64,000 bases of DNA from a virus, in IMG/VR virus record IMGVR_UViG_3300030685_000003, positions 6,156 through 70,155 of that record; one strand, given 5' to 3'. The translations under genes and the position numbers were made by a program. This document shows positions 55,672 to 64,000 of this stretch, piece by piece. How positions within the stretch are numbered: position 1 is the first letter of the stretch; every line of letters begins with the position of its first letter. The notes under the pieces were generated by a model that was not told the origin of the DNA, ran no database searches, and was given only the letters and a program-made list of their open reading frames with translations.

Positions 55672-56115
55672 ATGGTTGAATATCTTAACAAACTTCTTGC
55701 TAACTTCGTAGTTATGCAATATAAAGTGCATTCTATCCATACAGATATAGTAGGAACTCTATTTTGGGATGTTCATCTTTTGCTAAATGAGGTATATAAA
55801 TTTTTTGGGGATGATAATATTGATGTAATTAAAGAGAGAGTTAGAGTTCTTAAAAATTTCACAACCTCTAATCTATGCGATTTGATAGATCTATCTGAGA
55901 TAGAAGAAATATCAAAAGTACCTAGTATGGTGAGATCTCTAGAGGTTGTATTCGCTGATCTGGAAACTATTGAGAAATGTCTTAATGAAGGTAAAGATCT
56001 ATGTACAGAGAATAAAGATTTGGATACACAACAAATCCTAATTGATTTTAGTCTTGCTGTGGGTACTTTAAGACGAAAGGTAGAATCTATTCTTGCAAAA
56101 TCGACATTAGTTTAG
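55672..56115 (+). CDS. dps: Dps/ferritin-like protein (147 aa)
   Basis: LNKLLAN..YKVHSIH..GTLFWDVHLLLNEVY..IDVIKERVR..LR(W)KV. Confidence 0.82.
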   Translation: MVEYLNKLLANFVVMQYKVHSIHTDIVGTLFWDVHLLLNEVYKFFGDDNIDVIKERVRVLKNFTTSNLCDLIDLSEIEEISKVPSMVRSLEVVFADLETIEKCLNEGKDLCTENKDLDTQQILIDFSLAVGTLRRKVESILAKSTLV

Positions 56116-56137
56116 TTTATCCCTGTAATTTTCATCT

Positions 56138-56797
56138 ATGAAACAAAGATATACACAAGCTAACTTCTATTCTACTACTATGCAAAGTGGAATAACACTC
56201 ACTCCGGCTACTAGTGGAAGAACTCAAGTGCCCCTTACGTCATTGCCTGCAATCCCAGATAATAAATATTATCATGTCATATATAATCCTTCTGATACCT
56301 CAGCAAGATTTGTTATGAGAGTATACAACGAGTCGTGACTTTGTTATGTTGATAATGTGGATATATGAGTTACAAGAACTCTTGTTATAAAGAAGGAGGT
56401 TGCTATTTTTGATGTGGCTGAAATGTTTAATGAGTTATGGAGAAACACTGATGATTTCTGAGTAGTTGATATGATATTGGGTAATAGCGCTAAAATAAGA
56501 TGAGGATATTGTAATTTTTCTGGAACGCCAGTCGTTATAAATGACTCTTCTGTTACGTCTCTTGCTAATGGGACTCGATATGCAGTACTAAACTTCTTAT
56601 CAAGCACGCTTACTTTTTCTACAACTATAGATTATACTTCTCAGTATCTTCTAGGTACTATTGTAGTTACTTCTTGAGTATGAGTTTACACCGATAATAG
56701 GTCTTTGGACCTATACAAGAATAGATCTACTCTAGATAAGTTTTCTGAGGTATGATGAGTACTATATTGGAATTGAAGAGTTGTAAATCTAACATAA
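56138..56797 (+). CDS. tail/fibre-associated protein (219 aa)
   Basis: Paralogous to the N-terminus of the next gene (NFYSTT; VAIFDVAEMFNELWRNTDDFG). Confidence 0.65.
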
Positions 56798-56820
56798 CTT
56801 TTATTATAAACATTGTAGGA

Positions 56821-59754
56821 ATGTACAATCGCTATCAAGTATCTAACTTCTTCTCTACGTCACTGAGTAATCAATTGGTTCTTACTCAGTCTCTGTCTGG
56901 AACAACGACTATACCACTAAATACAGTACCGTCTATAGAAGATGGTAAAACTTTTCATATTATAATTGCGCCTACTGATAGTATACATCGTATGATACTC
57001 AAATGTTTTATGAATTCTGGTAGTGTTGTATGTAATAATTACGATATCCCTACAAATCAGACATACTCTGATCAGGTACAGGTAGCAATATTCGACCTTG
57101 CAGAATTATTCAATGAGCTCTATAGAAATACTAATGATTTCGGTATGGTGGAAACTCTGCCAATAGGTTGATTGAATCTTAAGATAAGATGAGGAAGAGC
57201 GTCTAATCCAGTAGCTGCTGATGATAATATCCCAGATTCTATAATTTCTCTTACAGCTGGTACATACTATATATATTATGATTATCTTACAAAAACCTTT
57301 TGAACTTCTGCTTCTGAGATTATTGATAAATATATTTGTGCAAAGGTTATTGTAGACATCTCTTCTATATCTTCAATAGAAGACTATAGACCACTTAATC
57401 TGAATCCTGGTGTGGTTCCGCCACAACTTACTCAAACACAGATAAATGCTCTTACTTGAATTGTAAATGGGACTATAGTATTTAATACCACAACGCTATT
57501 TGCTCAACAATATCTTAATTGAACTTGGTACAATATTCCATTATCTTCAACTGGTGGTGGTGATGTTTTTTGACCAGCTAGTTCTTCAGATTGAGAAATT
57601 ATGTTATTTAACGGTGTTAGTGGGAAACAAGCAAAAAACAGCGGAAAAAAAATAGCATCAACATTCTCTAGTAATAGCGCAGAGATTCCTACAAGTGAGA
57701 TGGTATATAATGCAATAATATCTCCTCTAAATAACCACTTTTCAGATCAAACATATATGCTATGAGAGGCTGTTAGTACATCAGATGTATCATCTTGATA
57801 TTTATCTTTATTCCCTGAGATATCCCCTACTTTTGCCGCAGCAAATGATTTTGTATATGTAGGGCGTGCAGACACCGAAAGGCGTGCATTTTTGCCATTT
57901 GTTTCTACTTGAGTCCTAACTGGGAAGTTTAATTTTTCTATAGGTAAATTAGGGACTCCTGCGACAAATCTTTCCATTAGAATAGAATCGGTTACCTCTA
58001 ACTGATTACCTACTGGTACATTGATAAATTCAGATGCCAATGCTGTATGACAAATACCTAGATCACAGATAGGGACAAGCCAGGCTGATATGTCCACATA
58101 TATAGCAGCTCTTAATAATAATCCTACAAATATTACATATGATACTACTGTTGCGACAACGACAAAAACTTGATATAAATTTACCTTACCTTCTACAAAA
58201 CAAATATCTAAGATAACAAAAGATGCTTCTTGTACTGCTACAACCTGTTATATTCTTGATAGTAATTATAATGTCTTATATACTGAATTATTTGATGCTA
58301 ATGTAGCTTTATTCAATAGAGAACTTACGGCTTGAGTTTATTATGCTGCAGTAGATAGCGCTGGTTCATCTTATAATCAAACAAGTAAGTCTGGAGTAAC
58401 GTTCCCAATAGCAGGCATAGATTTTTCATACAGTGGCTGATTTATTGTTGTGACAGATCTAGCTCAAAATGTATATACATCTACGGCCTCTATAACTACT
58501 GCTCAGGGTAATAGATTCCAAGCAACTTCAGATATAGCTGTCGTAACTGTCTCTAAGGATCCTCTATGTACAGCGACACAAGCTATAATTAAAAATGATG
58601 CGGGAACTCAACTAACTGTTGCTACTTTCGTATGAAATTTAGCTACATTTTCATCTCCACAATTGTTTACAACAGGGACATATTTTAGAATTGAGTTAGA
58701 TAATGCTGGTGCTTCTTATAGTAGAAGATATTTAGCAACAGGTGTCTATCCAAAGACTGGAACAAGATTAATATATGTTACATGATCTATATCCTGAGCT
58801 AATAATGCTGTCGCAGCAAATATAGCCAGTGTATCTACTGTATCTCCATCTAATAATTGATACAGCATTTCAAAAATAGAAACAGTGGGTAGTCCTATAA
58901 ATATTCTTAAATGAGTTAAGGCTGCTTTTGTATTCTACAATTGAACATATGGTAGTGAAACAGTCGATTCTTCTAATTATTATAAGATAGGATGTACATC
59001 CAATATAGATACTACAACAAGAGCTGCTTGAGGTTGGAATGGTACGGTATATGAAAGCACTAAAGCTCCTGCTACCGATACAATATCATCTCTAGATTCT
59101 CCTTCAAATATTTCCACCGCTCAGTGATATAATATAACAACTAAGATATCAACATATTGATATCTTCTAATATCGGTTACTTGATATATATGATCTAGAA
59201 TATTGATAAATGGAGTATCTGTTGCGCATAATGCGGGGGTGCTTACTACACCTATGGTTCTTGCATCAAATACTACATATCAGATAACCTCTGACAGTAA
59301 CTGAAGCAATTATACGATATCAAACGATACGCAAAGTTGACAATTCCCATCCTCATTAGCTAATATTATCTTTGTTAGTAAAATAGGTGGCGCTTCGTAT
59401 GTATCTTGTAAAACTATAGTTACAGAAGAGATTATATCTGGACCATGAACTAGGAAGTTCCCATATATATTATCCTCCCTTGTATCAGGTACGTTATTGT
59501 CTAAAACAGATTCTGACTTCTCTTATAAACTTCCTACGGATCTTGTAAGAATATCTACAGAACAAGGGGCTATTTGATACACTCCATTATGTACGATATT
59601 TGGTGTCAATGACAAGATACCATGACTAGCAGATAATGCTACGCAATACATCAATGCTACTCCATGATCTATATGACCTGTAGCTGGTGCCAATAGTTTC
59701 GTAGTAGGTAAGACAGTTGCCTGAGGAAAATTGTTTGTCAAAAGTCTAATTTAA
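56821..59754 (+). CDS. tail fibre / receptor-binding protein (977 aa)
   Basis: PPQLTQTQINAL, GGGDVFGPASSSDG, Thr/Ser/Gly-rich internal repeats. Confidence 0.75.
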
Positions 59755-59781
59755 TTTTTTATCTTATCACATATATTACCC

Positions 59782-59952
59782 ATGAAAGCAAAACTTTGAT
59801 CAGGAACAAAATTCGCATTTTGAGTTAAGAATATTGTTAAGAAAGAGGGTCTCTCAAAAAAATCAGCAGGAGCTATAATGGCTGTGGCTGGACGTAAAAA
59901 ATACTGAGCACCAAAAATGGCAAAAATGGTAGCTAGAGGAAGGGGTAGATAA
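59782..59952 (+). CDS. small basic phage protein (56 aa)
   Basis: LGSGTKF..AIMAVAGRKKYGA.KM. Confidence 0.65.
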
Positions 59953-59997
59953 GCCCCTCCTATTTTTGGAAATGATTTTATCAATAAAATTTGATAG

Positions 59998-60333
59998 ATG
60001 TCTCAAAGAATAGCTAGGTATATGCTTAACAATACAGACCAACCATCCAGCAAATATAATTGCCATCATATTATCTGACAATGCAATAGAGATCTCTATA
60101 ATATCTTTCGTGAAGAAAATATGATGTCTGTGAGTAGGAGTCAGCATAAATGATATAATTATTTTGTAGGAAACGAAAGACAAAATCCTAGGTGATTATT
60201 TGAAACAGCTTATGAACGAACCCACCCCGTTCTAACTGACTATGCGCAAACATTACTAAGAACTTTGGTAGAAATGCCCGATGATCAATTATATATCCCA
60301 GAGATGATCAAAAATAAAAAGAAACCTTGATAA
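59998..60333 (+). CDS. HNH-like protein (111 aa)
   Basis: NCHHII..N....QH pattern. Confidence 0.5.
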
Positions 60334-60354
60334 AACCAAGCGTTTGATTATACT
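60327..60354 (+). promoter_or_regulatory. sigma70-like promoter for the lysis module
   Basis: TTGATA-N16-TATACT. Confidence 0.65.
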
Positions 60355-60384
60355 TCCAGCAGTTTTATATCCGCTTCACTCGCC

Positions 60385-60855
60385 ATGACATTAGAAAGCT
60401 GACGACATTACTTTGTAAAGCTAGTTGCTAACTCCTTTGTGTATAAATTACTAGCAGGGTCGCTAATAGCATTCATTAGCATTATAACTCCTACAGAATA
60501 TATCACCTTCCATGTCTTGTTTTGGTTATGGACGGCATCTATGTTTTTTGGGACTATAAATGGTACCCTAAATTATGGGTTCAATCTCAAAAAATTCTGT
60601 ATGTGATGAGCAAAAATAATGGTTTATGGTGTATTGATCTATTTTGCAAAAGCATTAGAGATTGTAACTCACCTAGAGATTTGGATGGACGTATTCTCTG
60701 GATTCATGATATTTGAGCTTATGTTATCTATATTTAAACACTGTGCAGAATTGGGTATTCCTATGCCAGTAAAACTTATTGACTTTGTGAAAAATCAAGA
60801 AAAAGAGTTTGAAGAAAAATATTTAGATACAGGAAAAGAAAAGATAGAGAACTAG
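60385..60855 (+). CDS. phage holin (holin_4_1-like, 156 aa)
   Basis: Several TM helices; GVSKIMVYGVLI, ELMLSIFKHCAELGIPMP. Confidence 0.75.
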
Positions 60856-60976
60856 TTTTACATATCTTATGCATATGCCCTCGATAATCTTAGTATTGTT
60901 TATGTGCTATTGAATATGATTATTTATACTACATCTACACGATCACGGAGACCCATTTTATATTAAGAAGAAAATT

Positions 60977-61162
60977 ATGTCAAAAATAACACCAGTGGTT
61001 GCAAAATCAACCCCAAGAAAGGAATTTTTACAAAACGAGATCAAAAAAATTACAACAGAAATTGAGTCCCTAACATCTACCGGTACTCTAGAAGAGGATC
61101 CAGGTATTCTTACTCTAAAAAAAGAGTTAAAATTTAGACAAGATGATCTTAAAAGCCTTTAA
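60977..61162 (+). CDS. hypothetical protein (61 aa)
   Basis: Supplied ORF, ends in TAA. Confidence 0.55.
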   Translation: MSKITPVVAKSTPRKEFLQNEIKKITTEIESLTSTGTLEEDPGILTLKKELKFRQDDLKSL

Positions 61163-61181
61163 ATTCTAACAAAACATAGTT

Positions 61182-61448
61182 ATGATCGCCATATTAAAGA
61201 AGATTAGAGACGCATTTGTTACCCTATCGTGGATTGACCAGCTCGTTGATGAAAAACTCATTTCTAGTGTCACTGCTAGAGCTATTGAAGGAGGAATTTA
61301 CTCATTTTACTTCGGAATTTTGACATATCTATATAATGTTATAGAAAGCGGGAGTTTTGGAGATTACAAACTTGCAATAGGAGCGTTATTGATATGATTT
61401 TGAAAAACACTAATTGAGTGTACTATGAAATATTTTAGAAATAACTAA
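61182..61448 (+). CDS. small membrane protein (holin-like, 88 aa)
   Basis: Two hydrophobic segments; extended via TGA. Confidence 0.55.
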
Positions 61449-61456
61449 TCTCTAAA

Positions 61457-62095
61457 ATGACAGCTGAAGAAAAAATCAAGGCTATAATGAAAAATAGATT
61501 TTTTGAGGCAAAAGATTTCCCGAAGAAATTTAAGATGATAAAGACACCATGTCCTCAGGCTAAGCTACATACTCAGACAGAGCCAAACTGCTGGTTATTC
61601 TCTTGATTCAATAATATGTCGCTGAATCATGGGGTGTATATAGATGAACAAAAGGCTATTGATTTTATGGGCCAATATGGTATGGTTATGAATAATGGAG
61701 GATCAATTGCTGCAGGAGCTATGATGCTTGCTGAGTATGCGTCAGACATAAATAACGATTATGTCGTATATAGTCTGAATGTTCTTACCCAAACAAAGAT
61801 TTTTGCAGAACTATTGAATGCCGGATGGTGGTTTATGTATGCTAGAGATTGTGCATCTGATGTACTTGCTGATATAGCAGACAACTGAAAATTAGACAAA
61901 CTACACTCAGGCATCACTAGTCCTCATGCTGTGAATATATGAGTAGTACCTAAGGTTGGACTTAGAGAACTTGGTAGTTGGGGTAGTGCTAGTATCTATA
62001 ATGATTTTATGTATGGTACTCCACAACTATTCATCCAACTGGTTAGATCTGGAATGATCGAGCAAATAGTAACATTTATAGCTAAAAGACAATAA
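61457..62095 (+). CDS. papain-like cysteine peptidase (212 aa)
   Basis: YTQTEPNCWLFS (Gln..Cys), PHAVNIG (His), LGSWG. Confidence 0.65.
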
Positions 62096-62096
62096 G

Positions 62097-62609
62097 ATGG
62101 ATAGAAGCCAATACTACTATTTTGAAAAAGAATGGGTATGAAAAAGAATTGACTACGATAAGGCGTTTTGATACCAATGCGTGGATCTTATAAAACAATA
62201 TATGTACGAGGTATTATGAATTAGCCCAGGGAAGACAGGTAACGCTAATGAAATGTGGACTAATAAATATGGATGCTTTGACAAAATGTGGACTCAAATA
62301 ACATGAACTAAGGATTTAATGCAAGGAGATATTATATTCTCTTTGAATGGACCCACTGGGCACGTAGCCATAGTTGATCGCATAGTTAATGGACAAATAC
62401 AGGTTTTGGAACAGAACGGAAGCGGGCAAAATTCTGGAAACTGACTAGGGGCAAATGCTATAAGACTTCATACATATAGTCCATCTTTCTTTGTTTGAGT
62501 TTGGAGGTGTGAGAAAATATTTGAGAATCTCCAAAAAGAGAGATCATATTGTGATGTACAAATCAAAACTACGCAGGACTATAAAGCATCTATAAGATAT
62601 CAAGAATAA
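62097..62609 (+). CDS. CHAP-domain endolysin (170 aa)
   Basis: IDYDKAFGYQCVDL, GNA, GDIIF, GHVAIV, VLEQN. Confidence 0.9.
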
Positions 62610-62610
62610 C

Positions 62611-62641
62611 AAAAAAGGGGCTATTACAGCTCCTTTTGTTT
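62611..62641. terminator. bidirectional terminator between convergent arms
   Basis: aaaaaaggggct..agctccttttgttt hairpin with A and T tracts on both sides. Confidence 0.65.
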
Positions 62642-62893
62642 TTGTCTTTTTTCTCGGACTTTGGTAGTTTTGGTTTTTATAATTACAGGGGTCACCCCGT
62701 GGAAAGCCAGCAGTTCTGAGAGTTTTTGTTTTGCTTCTTCCTTTCTCTCCTTATTCACTAGACTCCCTATTTTACCTCTTAATGTATTTATCTCTGCTCC
62801 GCATTTGATACAATATTTTGCCATAACTTTTTTCTCTCTTCCGCAGGCGCATACATCTTTGGGCTGAAATCTATGTTCTCTCGGTTTGTCCAT
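62624..62893 (-). CDS. small Cys4 zinc-finger-like protein (89 aa)
   Basis: CACG..CIKC. Confidence 0.6.
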   Translation of the reverse strand: MDKPREHRFQPKDVCACGREKKVMAKYCIKCGAEINTLRGKIGSLVNKERKEEAKQKLSELLAFHGVTPVIIKTKTTKVREKRQKQKEL

Positions 62894-63031
62894 AGGAATC
62901 CGTTGGAAGTAAAATCTTTCATTTTGGCATATTGTCTGCGACGTTCTTTACAGCAGCATCAAAGTCAGAACCCGTTAGTTAGTCATTCATAGCTCTCTGG
63001 AAAACATCTTCGTCTATGGGTATATATACCA

Positions 63032-63364
63032 TTATTTGTCTATAGCAGTTAAAGTAATCTCCAAATTCTCTTTCGCTTTCTGGATATCTTGATCTAATCT
63101 TTCTCTTAGTTTTCAGAACCCAAAATCCATAGCAACTTGCATAGCAGCCAAGATATTGTTCCATCCATCTTGGTATCCAAGACTCCTTTCACAGAACATC
63201 CATACTTTTTTGTTTCCGTCTACATCACATAAAGAGATTTCCATCTTCTTGTAGTTTATGAGTAGATCAACTCTGATCGAGTTGTGAACTATAGATACGT
63301 GTTCTAGTCGTACCTTGGTCTCGGTTTGTTTAGTGGATTTTGTAGGTATAGGAATCTTCTTCAT
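63032..63364 (-). CDS. hypothetical protein (up to 110 aa)
   Basis: Supplied ORF extended through TGA to TAA. Confidence 0.55.
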
Positions 63365-63366
63365 AA

Positions 63367-63726
63367 TTATGTAATAGAAATTAAAACATTATCAAGTATA
63401 AACTTTTCTATGTCTGTCTGGATGGATGATAACATTAGTCGATATTCTTTATTGGTATAGGAATGTTTCTTTGGTATTATTTCGTCTTGTGTTGATGCCC
63501 ATATAAAATCTATATCATTTATTTTTAGGTCTATTTTTGAATATAAATCATTCTCACAAACAAACTGTCGAAATCCACTCTCTATAGATACTAACTCTCT
63601 GAGAGAATGTGCTTGTAAATTTATAACTATCATATTACCATTTAGGCGTGTAATATTTGGGTAATCTATGTTTCGTGGATTCCATCCCATCTGGATTAAC
63701 TTATTAAGTAGTTCTTCTAACGTCAT
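63367..63726 (-). CDS. hypothetical protein (119 aa)
   Basis: Supplied ORF, ends in TAA. Confidence 0.65.
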   Translation of the reverse strand: MTLEELLNKLIQMGWNPRNIDYPNITRLNGNMIVINLQAHSLRELVSIESGFRQFVCENDLYSKIDLKINDIDFIWASTQDEIIPKKHSYTNKEYRLMLSSIQTDIEKFILDNVLISIT

Positions 63727-64000
63727 TCTGATAGAAGTGAGATAATAAAATCAACAATTCCCTCTTTGTTCTCCTGTTTTGATAGTGGTAGGTCTTTACG
63801 ATACCAATGTTGTCTAAATAAATCCATCAAATCACACCTAATAGAAAAGTCACTACTATCTCAATCTATCTCAATCTCATCTAGTCAGTTTCATAATTCT
63901 ACATCGTATTGAGTTTCAATCCATCGACATACTCTTCCATAGAGTAAATCGTGTCAGGTACTTTTTCATCATATATTCCAAGGAGTACAGATATATATTT

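Noticed and set aside
1100-62609. Fragmented ORFs as pseudogenes or a decayed prophage
   Set aside because: Breaks are TGA in a constant frame at conserved Gly positions, so the genes are intact under code 25.

Overview
This window is an internal stretch of a tailed dsDNA phage genome with podovirus-like gene order. No integrase or host genes are visible. It is written in a doubly altered genetic code: TGA reads as Gly throughout (translation table 25) and CGA reads as Trp at several conserved positions, the combination reported for Absconditabacteria (SR1, CPR). The supplied table-11 ORF track is therefore fragmented, and the coordinates below are my manual re-reading with TAA/TAG as the only stops. 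Minus strand 1-23.6 kb holds a tRNA cluster (including a UCA-anticodon tRNA), a DUF2828/TROVE-like vWA gene preceded by five tandem Y-RNA-like ncRNAs, a frameshift-dependent amidase/glucosaminidase, TerC/TerD, primase-helicase, SF2 helicase, SSB, PD-(D/E)XK exonuclease, Bet recombinase, many small early genes and an HNH endonuclease. A repeat-rich divergent non-coding region lies at 23.6-24.5 kb. Plus strand 24.5-62.6 kb holds small genes, a glycosyl/methyltransferase cluster, GroES/GroEL, terminase, portal, scaffold, major capsid protein, tail and ejection proteins (one of about 2,870 aa), resolvase, Dps, tail fibres, holin and a CHAP endolysin. The best candidate for an undescribed system is the five-RNA array (7-bp covarying stem + NNACAGCA, two units carrying permuted tRNA modules) next to the DUF2828-vWA gene. 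All family assignments come from motif recognition by eye, not from database searches.
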